From assembly GCF_006345805.1 (NCBI RefSeq), contig NC_043020.1, positions 28,892,001 through 28,956,000 on the forward strand: 64,000 nucleotides of DNA, given 5' to 3'. The translations under genes were made by a program, and so were the position numbers. The stretch is from Octopus sinensis (Eukaryota). The notes under the pieces are model-generated. The model worked only from the letters and a program-made list of their open reading frames with translations. It had not been told where the DNA came from and searched no databases. This document shows positions 35,501 through 50,500 of this stretch, piece by piece (position 1 is the stretch's first letter; the number at the start of each line of letters is the position of its first letter).

Positions 35501-38500
35501 ATTAAAGCAAGGAATTAGTGAAAGTTAATCAGGCATGGAAAAACAACATAATGTAAACAACAGAACAATGAACTCTCTCTTCAATAACACAAACGTTCTG
35601 ACATCCATCCCTTCATCCGTCTCCTAACTGCGGTACGACATCGCCTTGCAAGAACATCCCTTCTGTCTCCTCTCAGCTCTTCCCTGACCCAATCCTATTT
35701 CCTTCACCCCTCCCCCAAACTAATATTTGTTACGCCTTCTTCAATGTCCCATCTCCAATCACCTGTCACATGCTTTAAACACTCAAGTGCACTTACTGAT
35801 CCCCCCCTCCACCTTCTGTTCCTCTATAAGAGACTGTTTCTAGTCTCTTATATTCACCTTGATCACTGAAGATACACCTTCTCTCACTCTCCAAATGGAG
35901 AAGCTATGTATTCACTTCTTCAGCAAGGCACCTATTTCTCCCCTTCTATCATACTTCCACTCCCCCTAATACTTTACCCCACTCAATTGAGGAGCCTTGT
36001 CTTGAAAATGCTTGATAACCTCACTAGTGCCGGTGCCACAGAAAGAGCCCCCTGTATGCTCTGTGAAATGGTTGGCGTCAGGAAGGGCATCTCGCTACAG
36101 AAACCCTGCCAAAGCAGACACTGGAGCCTGGGGCAGTCCTGCAGCTTATCACTTCCTGTCAAACCAGTCAACCCATGCCAGCATTAGCTTGGTAGCCTCT
36201 TTTACAAAATAATCCTTTACAAAAGCCCTTTCCCCCCAGACAATTTCAAGTTAATTTTGCACAGTGGTTTTTATCACATCCAGTACGTGCCTTTTTTTTA
36301 AAAGATATTTGCCTAGACTAATGACCCTGAGATAGATATTTATGGAAAGTACTCGACACGGCAAGGACTCATGTAATGAAATTATATTGGGGAACACTGC
36401 TTCATTCTCAATTACATTTGTACTTATAACTGATAACAACACAATGTTCTACTTAGATTGTAATCTCAACAAAGATTTCTTTTCAAAATGTGTTTTGCAC
36501 CAGGCCACTCAGCTGACAAAACTGAGTTGCATCTGTGATTCGAAGGGGCCAGCCTTGTCATTCTCTGGCATGGGTGTTCTTTTGCATTTCACCAGCACGA
36601 GTGCCCTTTTGTGTTTCACTGATACGAGTGCCTTTTATGTGGCACCAACTTGGGTACCTTTTAACGTGTCACTGGCACAGGTGCCATTTTGTGTCACTGG
36701 CACAAGTGCCTTTTAAGGTGCCAATAACTGAGAAAACATGATCACAAATAAAATCAGCCAAAATGGGGTTCCTCTGAAGGATTTCTGGAGTAATGTTACT
36801 TAACAGAGTTTGTAGCTTGGTGATCAGGGAGTCTCTCCATGATGGGCAACTAATTGTCTGCATTGACAAGTCACAGCTTCAGTACTAAGGACATTTGTTT
36901 AGAATGCCAAAGGGAAGAATCACAAGAGGGATTCTTCAAACTGAGCCAACCAACAGGAGACTTAGATGAAGACCAAGAACGAGATGGTTGGATTATATCC
37001 CTAATCTCAGTCGGTCAGACTTGGGAATCATCATCATCATCGTTTAATGTCCACTTTCCATGCTAGCATGGGTTGGACGATTTTGACTGAGGGCTGGCAA
37101 ACCAGATGGCTGCACCAGGCTCCAATCTTGATTTGGCAGTTTCTACAGCTGGATGCTCTTCCTAACCAAGAACTGTAATAACAGTTGCTTCTGATAGGAC
37201 CCTATGGAGGAGGTGCCTGAGAACACTCCCTCCATGACCCTCCCAAGAATAGTGGGTGGCAAAAATAGATAGATGGATGGAAATATGTAAGCAGGAGACA
37301 ATCTGTCTTCCCGCTTTCATACAACTTTAAGGTAAACAAAAAAAATAATAATAACTTACCTGGTATGTTTCAGGTTTATAATGAGTAACAAACTTTGTGA
37401 AGGTCGTTAAGTTGTCCAAAGTAATTTCCGGGATTGTTGCTAAAATTGTGGGAGGTTTCTTTGCTAAAGGGAATGTAATAGCATTCGTTTTGTCCACCTT
37501 GCCAAAGACAGCAATCTGAGAGAGCCAGACGGCTGTTGTGATATGGAATTGAAGAGACATGTCTAGAAGTTGGGGTTCAGTGAGTGCTGCTTTCAAACTC
37601 AGGAATATTGTCACACCTGCAAAAGATATAATAATAATATTAACCCTTTAATGTTTAACCCTTTAGTGTTCAGATTAATCTGTTAAGTGTAATACTTTTT
37701 TCACTCAAATTGTTTTGAATTAATCATACTTTATCTTACAGCTTTGAAGTTTCGATGGTGTGATAGTTTATTCTTAGAATATCAATGTAGGTTAGGTGTG
37801 AGGGGCTAGATATGGCCAGTTTGAATGTAAAACATGTAGGATATTTGGGCCGGATATGGCCGGCTTAAACACCAAAGGGTTAAACCTGTCATATCCAGCC
37901 CCAAATTTTCTACCTGTTTTATGTTCAAAGTGGGCAGTTCTGGCCTCTCACACATACCCTACAATGTCATTGTAAAAATATACTATCATATCGGTGAAAT
38001 TTCAAAGCTATGAGACAGTCCACGATTAATTCAAATCAATGTGAATGCCAGAAGGATTAATCTGGCCGATTCAGGTGCAAATATTCTACTTGTTTTATGT
38101 TCAAACTGGCCAGATCCAAATAAAGTCTCTGGTAATTTATCTGCATATCATTTCTTCCACCACCACCACCACCCCGGCTGTCATCAGGAGCAAAGTTGTT
38201 ACCTCTTTGTCGTCATCATTGTCATTCAATGTCCACTTTCCCAAACTCTCGTGGGTTAGGCAGAATTTACTGAGACAGACTTTCTATGGCTGGGAGCCCT
38301 CCCTGTTGCTAACCCTCAACTGTTTCCAAGCATGATAATATTTGCCCAGGGCCAGACAGGTTCTCCACGGAAGACTGGGAATGGACAACATAGCTTGCAT
38401 AACAATGATGTTCATTTACAACCACAACAGGACATCTAGACACACACACACACACATTAATAACAGGCTTCCTTCAATTTCCAAAATCTACCAAATCTAC

Positions 38501-41500
38501 TTACAAGTCTTTGGTGGGCCTGGGGCTATAGCAGAGGACTGCTTCTACACAACTGGGACTGAACCCAAGACCACACGGTTGGGAAGCAAACTTCTTAACC
38601 ACACGCCCACGCCTGCACCTGTAAACAGAACCGAAATACTTACCAATTTCCAGCTGCTCTTTGATACTTGTAGGCATTCCATCTTCTCCCTCCCGTTCGT
38701 GTGCATCGGCGTAGGTGCGCTGGATTCGATGCAACTCTTGGCTGAGACGCATAAACTTATCATTGAGTACTTGAAATCCAAGCATCAAACAAAAATGAGT
38801 TAAATAGAAACATTCTGTGATAAAATTGTACGTTTGATTGCTTGACAACGCCAGATCTTCTTCATTTTCGGGTTTTGAAATTAAGCAGGTTAATTTCATT
38901 AAATCTGAGCAAATAAAATGTAATTAATTGGATGTTAGACATTGACAGATATATACAAAAAAGACAACTAAAATGGACAAAGTGGTGAAAGACTGGCTGG
39001 CTTTATTTAGCACCCCGCTCCGCAACCAGCAGAAACCAGATTTTTTAGCCATTATTTAAGAAATCATGAAATAAAAGCAGTGCTTTGGTTTAAGAGTTTT
39101 GCATTTAAATGAGTCATATCTGGACCAAATATTCTGTTTTATATTCAAACTGGTCAGATCCAGCCTCTCACACCTATCCTTCAATGTCATTCTAAATATA
39201 TACAATTGCATCATTAAAATCTCAAAGCTACAAGATAATGCATAATTAATTGAAAATAATGTGAACAAAAGCACTCAGAGAGCGCAAACCTCCGCCAAGG
39301 CAGCACCAACAATTAGTCTGAGATGATTTTTAAAATGAAAATATCTGAAATAATCTCGACTGCTCTCACAAACGAGAATACGAAAAATGAACCTGACCAC
39401 TCTCAAAAATTAAGTAAAAATTCAAAAAATAGGAAAAATAATCCAGAATTCCTATCCGGTACTGGGTGGATCCCCAAATCTAGTCAGTTTGCACCAGTCA
39501 TGAGGCAAAACATCTCTGAAACTTTCACCTGAATCCATTCAGCAGTTCTTGAGATATTTTCTCCATGGACAAACAAACTAATAAACCTGACCGAAAACAA
39601 TATTTCTGCCTTAGAGAAGGCAGAAGTAATAAATAAGCTTTACATTGAACAGAGGAATCTGAATGTTCAGGGGTTAATCTTTACTGTACAGGGACTGAGT
39701 ATATTCAGTTCCAAGCACTTGAGACAAAAAAAACTTGCTTACTCGTTTGTGATAGTCAGGTACTGTCTTGAACTCTCCAGGTTTCATACGATGTAGTATA
39801 CTCTTTTACTTGCTTCAGTCATTTGACTGCGGTCATGCTGGAGCACCATCTTTAGTCAAGCAAATTGACCCCCAAGACTTTATTATTTGTAAGCCAAGTA
39901 CGTATTCTATTGGTCACTTTTGCCGAACTGCTAAGTTACAGGGATGTAAACACACCAACGTCAGTTGTTGAGTGATGGTGGGGGGGACAAACACAGACAC
40001 ACAAAGACATACTTATATATATATATATACACACACACACATATATGTGTATATATGATGGGCTTCTTTCTCAGTTTACGTCCACCAAATCCACTCACAA
40101 AGCTTTGGTTGGCCCAAGGATATAGTAGAAGGCACTTGTCCAAGGTGCCCCACAGTGGGACTGAACCCAGAACCATGGGGTTGGGAAGCAAGCTTCTTAC
40201 CACACAACCATGCCTATAAAACAAGCTTATTCCAGTTTCTGTTTAGCAAATCCACTCAGAATCTACTTTGGTCATCCTGGGGTTATAAAGTATTTGCCCA
40301 AGTTGCCATGCACTGAGACTGAACCCAGAACCAAGTGGTTGGGAAGCTAGCTTCTTAACCACACAGCCACACTTGCTCCTATTCAGAGAATTCTTAACAC
40401 GTCAGTGAAACCATTACAAAGTTGCTGTATATGAACTTAGAAATATCAAATACTTGAGTTGAATCTCAACACCGTTTTGTCTTACCTTTAGCATGGATGT
40501 TCCTCTTCTTCGCATCCTCATCACTTGTTACCACGGCAGCCGTGTATGTTGGGTCGATTTTGAATATCTTCGAAGAAATGTTTTTACAAAACGGCTGACA
40601 AAGTTTCAACATCACATAGCAGAGATTAAGAAAGAATCGGTCAGAACAGTAGATGTTATCAAAAGGGTACCTCATCTGAGCGGTCCAAAGTTTGGCTCGA
40701 TCTGTGAAATCAGATGATTTGGTGATTTAAGTAAAAAGCACACGGAAGAGAGAAAAAAACAACAAATAAAAACATCAACCACAATTAAAGTATAACAGAG
40801 TCATTCTTAACTGTAAAACCTATAAAACAGTCACATTAAATTATGTGGTAATCCTGCTCAAAACATGAAGAATCAAAAGAAATACTGCCAAGCATTTGGC
40901 CTGATGGGATCTTTTCTGTTTAGCTGCCAATTTTGAATTCGTTCAATTTTGTTCCAATTGATTTGCCAGCCCCCTCTGGCCCCTGTGCCGGTGGCATGTA
41001 AAAAGCATCCACTACACTCACAGAGTGGTTGGCGTTAGGAAGGGCATCTAGCTGTAGAAACTCTGCCAAATCAGATTGGAGTCTGGTTCGCCAGACCTCA
41101 GTCAAATCGTCCAACCCATGCTAGTATGGAAAGCGGATGTTAAATGATGATGATGATGATGAAAAGCAAATTAGACAAAAGACAACACAGAAACAAGTAG
41201 TTAAATAAAAGCTACAAAAATTGAATGTTTTATGTGAGATATTTGCAGGATGATGGAAAGAAGTCAGAAGGGAAAATCAAATGTGACAACAATGATGAAT
41301 GATATCGTTAGATGCACACACCCATCTCCACAGCTCTGTAATCAGTATTGAATACACCTTTGCACTAGCAACATTCAGTTATGTGCAGTGAACATGGAAA
41401 AAAACAGAAAAACAGCAAATACAATGCAAATGCAGTAACCTACCTTCGTTAGAATGTAGGCAATTAGCCAACCAATTTAGGACTTGATGTCGTGTTTCGT

Positions 41501-44500
41501 CAGAGACTTTAATAAGTCCATGAAACAACTGGTGGACTTTATCACCAAGGTTTGCCAATGCCTGAAGAGACAATATTATGTAAATATAATGAACTTATTA
41601 TATATACAGGGTTCAGAGGTGCACCACAACTCATCACGAACAGTACAGAGAACAGAGAACAATGCACAGGAAGTGCAACAGTAAGGGGTTGGCATGGGGT
41701 GGGGGGGCATCGGGTGTACTGTTGGCAAATTTCAGGAGGTAAGGGAGTTTTTCAGTGATGTAGTGCCCTGACAGCTAACAACTGATGTGGGTTGTTTATT
41801 CCACGCTTCATCAATTCTGAGTATGAAAAAAATGTTTCCAAAAGTCATGAGTCTAAGTCATATGGAATTCAAAAAACTGCTCAAAGTTAATAATAATAAT
41901 AATGAAATTATTGTATACAGTGCTCAGGTGCACCACAACTTGTCAAAAGTGCGTATAAAGCATATGCAGTAATGTACAAATGTCTGGAAAGCGAACAATG
42001 TATGAGTCAGATACATGCTTGCTTGTGTATGGAGGGGAGAAAATCAGGTGTGGTGTTGGCGAATCTCAGGAAGCATGGAAGTTTTGAAGGATGCAGTGCT
42101 CAGACAACTAACAACTGATGTTGTTAGTTGTTGTTGTTGGAAAGACAGTGGATAATCTTGTGGGTATCGACCAATTCGGTTGCCAGACATTGAAGCTTTA
42201 ATAAATAGAGATAGTAAATCCTCTGGATAATCCGCCCTCCTCCTTCCAAATATCAGTGGACTCTGATCCAGTCTAGATCCCCACACACTACTTGTCAGTT
42301 AAGTCTATTTTAACATATCCTTAACCCTTTAACATTTAATCCCCTTCCCTTACCAACCCCCTTTACACTGCCCTTTGTGCTGTGACAAAACTTCTTGTTT
42401 TAAAGTCATCTAAACTAAAACCCCTCTTCAAAATGTTCTGTTAATTTATGTTCAACACCAATTAATTTATACTAATTTTATGTTAATTTATGTTCCAAAA
42501 TTTTCTGTTAATTTATGTTCCAAACACCAGCTTAATAACGACAAAGTTGTTTTACTGAATTCTTCATCATTTTCTAAATTAATTGAATTGAAGCCAAGGT
42601 ATTTCATGATAACGAAGAGGCCAAACTAGCCATACCTGGCCCAAATATTCTACCTGTTTAATGTTCACACTGGTCAGATCCAGTCTCTCACACTGACCCT
42701 ACAATGTTGTCCTTAAAGTAACAATCATGTCACCAAAATCCTATAACAAGAAATAATGCAAGATGAAGCCATTTCCTTCTAAATATGAGAGTAAATACAG
42801 TGAATTTTTTTGTCAAAATGTGAGGTTTTTTCCCCAACATTTGAAGTGGACTGATGTTTTGGGTAATTACTAATTTGGCTTCAGCAAGTAGTGATTCCAA
42901 ATTGGAAGGGTTTACACTTGTAGATTTTACAAAATGTAGAAGAAACTGCTTGATAAATGGTGTTGGTTTATTTATGTCCTCATAATCTATCAGTTTGGCA
43001 AAAGAGACAGATAGAATAAGTAACCAGACTTTAAAAAAACTAAGTGCTAGAGTTGTTTGACTAAATTCTACAAGACAGTGCTCCGGCATGGCCAGAGTTC
43101 CATGATTGAAAGAAGTAAAAAATACAAATTTTCAGAGATCAGATTATTAAGTAATTTCTTCAACATGGAATTTGAAATTTTTAAGGGCTTCACAAACATC
43201 ATACACATATCGTATGTCCTTATGTATTTCATACATTATTGCAAATACTTATTTCTTTATTACCCACAAGGAGCTACACACAGAGGGAACAAACAAGGAC
43301 AGACAAACGGATGAAGTCGATTATATCGACCCCAGTGCGTAACTAGTACTTATTTAATTGACCCTGAAAGGACGAAAGGCAAAGTCGACCTTGGTGGAAT
43401 TTGAACTCAGAATGTAACAACAGACGAAATACCGCTAGGCATTTTGCCCGGTGTGCTAACGTTTCTGCCAGCTCGCCACCATATTATTGCAAATACTGGC
43501 ATGGTAATGCACCAATTCCAACATTTCATAGAGGAGAAGATGGCAAAAAAAAGAAAAAAAAAAAGCCAAACTTGCAGTCTTCACTTCAGTTTCCATGCCC
43601 ATCCTCACTTATGGACATAATTGTTGGGTAATGATCAAAAGAGTACAAACATTTAATACAAGTGTCCAAAATGGGGTTCCCCAAAAGGGATCTTTGGAGT
43701 AATGTTAATTGACAGGGTGCTTAGCTTGGAGATCAGGGAGTCACTCCAGGTCAAGCCTCTGCTTCTCCATGTTAAACGGTTGTAGTTCCAGCGATATGTA
43801 CAGGTGATTAGAATGTCGCGGGAAAGAATCGCAAGAGGGATTCTTAAAGCCAAGCCAATTGACAGAAAACCTATGGGTGAACCAAGAATGAGATGGTCAG
43901 GTGATAACCTTGGTCTCAGTCTCAATTGGTCAAATTTGGGAATCCAGCTGGGAAGTCTAATGACATCTGCTTCTGATAGGTGCCTGAGGATTCTACTCCT
44001 ATGACCCTCCAAAGAATAATGGGCAGAGGAGATGGAATGGGCACATTATAGAACGTTACACACAAGGACACAAAACTGAAATACAAGTCTTACCTTCCAA
44101 ATATTGGCTTCAATAATGTCATTCTCTGTTTTGGTACCTGCCGATGGGTTGTTAAAGAACTCGTAAGGACCACTGTCTGAGACAGGAATGCAACTGAAGG
44201 AGAGAATGCAACCAAGTAATGTCTTTTCATAAGATTTGGGGCTGCTGGCCTGTCCTGTGCTGGCCTGTGGTGTGCTGTGTTCTAGGAAAGCCTGCAAGTA
44301 AAATCAACATTGTTACCAAAATCAGCGCCCAAAAACGAAGATTATTTTTTTGTTTCTCTTTTGATTTCACCCTTTCTTTATTTGTCTAAGCTTTCTTCAC
44401 TGATTTCTTCACCGAATTCTTCCTAAATTTCATCCCGTTTTCTTCTTCATACTCTCTTCTCTGTCTTACAATTTTGTCTGCTGCAGTATCCCAGCTTCTG

Positions 44501-44562
44501 TCTTGCTTCTCTCTCACAGCTATGACCTGTTTTACTAGTAACTGATTGACATCTACCACCAC

Positions 44563-44595
<33 letters not shown>

Positions 44596-47500
44596 TGTTG
44601 GTGCAGGTGTGGCTGTGTGGTAAGAAGCTTGCTTCCCAACCACATGATTCTGAGTTCAACCCCACTGCATGGTATCTTCGATGTGTGTGTGGCCCTGGGC
44701 TGACTGACGAAAGCCTCGTGAGTGGATCTGTTGACAGGCAAGGCGTTTGGACATAGAAAATCTGCCTCGATAAATTCTATCCAACCCATGTGTGCATGGA
44801 AAAGTGGATGTTAAAATGATGACGACGTGTGTGTGTGTACACACGACAGGCTTCTTTCAGTTTCCATCTATGAAATCCACTCACAAGGCTTAGGTCAGTC
44901 CAGGCTACAGTATGAGACACTTATGAAAGTTTCCATAGTAGGAGTGAACCAAAGGCCACCTGGTTGGGAAGCAGGCTTATCAACTACAAATCAAAATCAA
45001 ATTCAATGACTGGCATCCGTGCTAGCGGGGTGCAAAGAGCACCATACGAGTGTGATCAGTGACAGAGCAGCTAACTGGCTTCCGTGCCAGTGGCACTTAA
45101 AAGGCACCGTTCAAGCGAGATCGTTACCAGCATCACCTTACTGGCACTCGAGCTCCGTGCTAGTAGGGTACTAAGAGCACCATCCAAGCATGATCATTGC
45201 CAGAGTGGCTATCTGGCCTCCATGCCGGTGGCACATAAAAGACACCATTCGAGCGTGATTGTTACCAGCATCGCCTTACTGGCACCTGTGCTGGTGGCAA
45301 GCGTAAAAGATTCGAGTGAGGTCGCTGCCAGTACCGCCTGAGTGGCACGTAAAAGCACTCACTACACTCTCGGAGTGGTTGGTGTTAAGAAGGGCATCCA
45401 GCTGTAGAAACTCTGCCAGATCAAGATTGGAGCCTGGTGCAGCCATCTAGTTCGCCAGCCCTCAGTCATTCGTCCAACCCATGCTAGCATGGAAAGTAGA
45501 CGTTAAACGATAACGACAGCCATACCTACAAAACCCTGCATTTCTTCAACAAAACCATTTCAAGAGAAAAAAAAAACCGAAAAACAAAACATACTGACCA
45601 GAGCAAGAGGTTCAGACCTATGGAAGAACGTCAGGAGGTCAAGGTATTCAAAAAGAGCCACGTGCATAAGATTCAGTTCATTCGTCATATGTTGATAAAT
45701 AACATCTAAAATAGGTTGGAAGGCTTCCTTCACGGATCCGTCTTCCGTAAATTTATGAACTTCATTAGCAAGTCTCGTGAAGAAGTCGAGCATCACCATA
45801 CAGTTGTCCCCTAGGTGCAGAAGAAGAAGAAGAAGAAGAAGAAAAAAGCCAGCCAAGATGTTAAATGGTAATCAATAACTGACCGATCAATGTAAAATCA
45901 AATTAATGTCAATTCCTCGTTAGCATCTTGGATCAATAAATCATGACTGGTCTTTCGATAAATGAATGTCTCAAGACAGTGCTCCAGAATGGCTGCAGTC
46001 CAATGACTGAACCATATAAAGAAATAAAAAAAGAAAAACAACAAAATACTAGTATCCTGCCCCCCTTTTTTTACACAGCTTTTGATAACACTGTGTAACG
46101 AGATTTTTATGTTTTTGGTCAATAAGTGTTGTTTCCTATTTGCCTTTATCTAGAAATCAAAGGAAATGGCTACTCTTCCCTTCAAACTCTGCTTTTCTGA
46201 CCTGGACATCAATGTTTTGTAACTGACCTATTTCCCATTACATTTCAGACAGACTCAGCACGGAGTTGCTCAAGCAGAAATATCGTTATAGCAAATATTC
46301 TGCTCAATACCATGGGTTTGCTTGTCAGTTGATTGACCTTAACCCTTTTGTTACCGTATTTCTGTTCAGATGTTCTGTGTTTCTTTCAATTAATTTCAAA
46401 TATAGCAAAGAACTTAGAAAAATAACTTAGTTATCATTAAGCTAGTGTTCTATCTATCTATCTGCTCAGTCGAAGTCGACTCTCGGTCACTTGATGGATC
46501 AGTGTCCTCCAGTCAGTTCTATCCTGGGCCGCTTCTTTCAGATTGGCTATGTCCATTTTGGTATCACTCTTGATGGTGTCAAGCCAGCGGGTTCTTGGTC
46601 GGCCTCTTCCTCTCTTGCCACTGACCATTCCGAGCATGATGTCCTTCTCCAGGGATTTTCTACGCATAATATGACCGAAATATGCCAATCTCATGTTAGG
46701 AACATTAATTGTGACTAAGGTTTGGTGGAAAATTTTAATTCAAAACTTATGAAAACAAGACATTTGTACTACAGAGCCAGAGGCGGTTTCAGGTGGGTTA
46801 GTAATGAAAGGGTTAACTACTTGAGCATGTCTTTTAGTGGCTGACGACACGGGCGTCTCTGATCATGAGCAGAAGTGGTGAGGGAGCATCATAGCCATGT
46901 ATTGAGAGGGATTCTTTGCGGTTTGAATAAATAACAAAAACAAAGTTTGAGGGAAATATTAGCCATTTTTCATACTTTCCTGGGGTCGGCAAATGGGAGA
47001 TAACAGTTGCTACTCAAGTTCAAAAATTGTGTTACAGTGTAATGAAGTAATTAGATATTAATAAATCATCATCATCATCATCATCGTCGTTTAACGTCCG
47101 TTCTCCATGCTAGCATGGGTTGGACGGTTCGACCGGGGTTCTGGGAAGCCAGAAGGCTGCACCAGGCTCCAGTCTAATCTGGCAATGTTTCTACAGCTGG
47201 ATGCCCTTCCTAACGCCAACCACTCCGTGAGTGTAGTGGGTGCTTTTTACGTGCCACCTGCACAGGTTTTTAGAATAATCAGGTATGATGATGATGGTGG
47301 TGATGACAGAAACAATGTGTGTTTGTGTGCACATAAGTATATGTGTATATGTATGTGCATATGTGTTTCTGTATAACTAGTATAATGACGTAGATTATTG
47401 TAGATAAGGAAAGAATGTAGATTAGCGGTAGTGTTTTGTAGATAAGGTGATAAGAGAAGATCTAGGGTGGTGGGCATGGCTGTGTGCTTGAGAAGTTTGT

Positions 47501-50500
47501 TTCCCAACCATGTGGTTTGGGGTTCAGTCCCACTGAAGAATACTTTAGCAGAAGTGTGTAATGCTTTTATATGTTTGGTTATTTAAGCTTAAATACCGCA
47601 GAATGGGCTCAGCAGAGCCTTTTCTTTCCATTGAATCACATGACCCAGTGGCTTGCCAGACTAGTTGCATGCATTGGTCAGTTACTAACTGTCCAATCGC
47701 GGGTTTGCAACAGTTTGTTCCCAATGCAGGAAAGACCACTCTGTTATAGAAACCCTTGTATTCTTCCTCGCTTGGTCTTTGGCAGCAGCCATTGACCACA
47801 CACACACCACACCTCTTTGGACTAGTGTCAACAAACCAGAGACCCAGCCAGTCTCACAGCTTTCTTCAACCACCCTTCTCTGGTCTTCATCATAACCACA
47901 ACAGACAGCAGACTACAGCCACAGCAACAGACCCAGCAGAACTGAAGTCATTCAAATTCTTGTTCCAGACTCTAATATAATCATCATTCTCTTTCGGCAA
48001 TCTTATTTTTATAACGAGAGGAATAAATCGGCGCTTATTCAACTTATCCAGATTTCATCGTTTGCTACTTTTTTTTCTGTTATAGTACCTTGGGTAAGTG
48101 TCTTCTGCTATAACCCTGGGTTAACCAAAGCCTTGAGATTGGATTTGGTAGGCAGAAACCGAAAAGAAGTCGGCTGTGTATGTGTGTGTGTGTGTTTGTG
48201 TTGGTTTATCTTAGACATGACAGTTGTAAGTGATTGTCACTGTTATATAAGCAGTGACATTCATTTCCGAATGTTCTGCAAAAACAAGTCTGGCTATGGA
48301 GAAAATATTATCTTCTTGGAAACAGTTAAGGGTTGGTGACAGGAAGGACACCTGACCTTCATTGTCATCACTTAACGTCCGTTGTCCATGCTGGCATGGG
48401 TTAGATGGTTTGACCAGAGCTGGCAAGTTGGAGAGCTGCACCATGTTCTAGACCGATTTGGCAAGGTTTCTATGGCTGGATGCCCTTCCTAACGCCAACC
48501 ACCTTACAGAGTGTGCTGGGTGCTATGACATGGCATCACATGGGTGCTTTTGCATGGCATCACGCGAGTACTTTTACGTGGCACGACATGGTGTCTTAGA
48601 AAATCTTTTTCAATAAATTCCGTCCATGGGAAAGTAGATGCTATGATGATAACTGGGTAGAAAGAGTAAATGGCAATAACGTGGCTTACCTAAGACTGTC
48701 TTGTAGTTGCTGAAGAAGATGTCAATGAATTGATTTGGCAAGCTTTGACTGCAGACAAGTTCTGGTTGCTGTAGACACAGTTTGGCATTCGTTAAGGCCA
48801 CGTTTTGACATCCTTTAACATAATGTTCAAAACTGGTCCCCTGCAAGAAGAATAGAACCATCACAGAAAAAAAAAAAAACTGAAGATTTCTTTTATCTTT
48901 TTATCTTTCATGTGTTGCAGTCTGTGGCCATGCTGGGGCACTGCCTTGAAGAAATTTTTAGTTGAATGAATGAACCCTAGTATATATATATATTTTTTAA
49001 CCCGGTATTTATACTATCGTGCTCTTTTTGTTGAACTGCTAAGTTATGGGATGTAAACAAACCAGCACTGGTTGTCAATTATCTTTTTTGCATTCATATT
49101 TTCACAGTTTAGATCTTAATTATAAAAAAAAAATATGAAACCATTATTCTCTGCTAATTTAGTTAATTTTGTCAAGCTCCCTTTTCAGTTTGTAAGATAG
49201 AAATTTAAATCTAATAAACTGTTTTAAAAGAAATTTAAAGTGCCAACGTGATAACTGCAAACCTACTTTAGGGCCACCCTGTATGTATGCAGTGGCACCC
49301 ACTTGTGCCCACCCCATTCAAACAACTACTTTCATGCCAAGGGTTTTTTCAGGTAGGGTTAGCGATAGCCCTAACTGACTGGCACTCTGTCAGTGACGAC
49401 CACGAGGGTTCCAGTTGATCCGATCAACCGAACAGCCTGCTCATGAAATTAACATGCAAAGTGGCTGAGCGCTCCACAGACACATGTACCTTTAATGTAG
49501 TTCTCAGGTTGATTCAGAACGACACAGAATGTGACAAGGTTGGCCCCTTTTGAATTGAGGGTATGACTCATTTTTGTCAGCTGAGTGAATCGGAGGAACA
49601 CGAGATAAAGCATCTTGCTCAAGGAACACAACACACTGCCAGGAATCGAACCCATGACCTTTCGATCCTGAGTCGAATACCCAAACCACAAAGCTCGATG
49701 CCTTCACAATGAAGAATAACACCTAGTATGCTGAGAATTGATACGGTTCTTCATCATCATCGTTTAACGTCCGTTCTCCATGCTAGCATGGGTTGGATGG
49801 TTTGACTGGGATCTGGGAAGCCAGAAAGCTGCACCAGGCTCCAGTCTGATCTGGCAGTGTTTCTACAGCTGGATGCCCTTCCTAATGCCAACCACTCCGA
49901 GAGTGCCTTTTACGTACAACCGGCACAGGTGCCAGGCGAGGCTGGCAACGGCCACGGTCAGATGGTGCTTTTTACATGCCACCGGCATGGAAGCCAGTCA
50001 AGGCAGCGCTGGCATCGGCCACGTTCTGATGGAGCTTTTTACGTGCCACCGGCCCGGAAGCCAGTCGAGGTGGAGCTGGCATCAGCCACGTTCAGATGGT
50101 GCTTTTTACGTGCCACAGGCATGGAAGACAGTCGAGGCGGAGCTGGCATCGGCCACGTTCTGATGGAGCTTTTTACGTACCACCGGCACGGAAGCCAGTC
50201 GAGGTGGAGCTGGCATCAGCCACGTTCAGATGGTGCTTTTTACGTGCCACCGGCACGGAAGCCAGTCAAGGCGGAGCTGGCATCAGCCACGTTCTGATGG
50301 AGCTTTTTACGTACCACCGGCACGGAAGCCAGTCGAGGCGGAGCTGGCATCGGCCACGTTCAGATAGGTTGGAAAACAAAACCAATGATGCTTACCCGAT
50401 ATTTAACCAAGAGGTGTTGTGCTCGAAGAAAGCTGCCAAACAAATAGTGCAGCGATTTCTGTTCGCTTGCATTTTTCCAGTCCTGATCCAAGTGAATCTC

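Noticed and set aside
49905-50364. CRISPR-like array
   Set aside because: Whole units repeat with no unique spacers, there are no cas genes, the context is eukaryotic and the array is part of a SINE.
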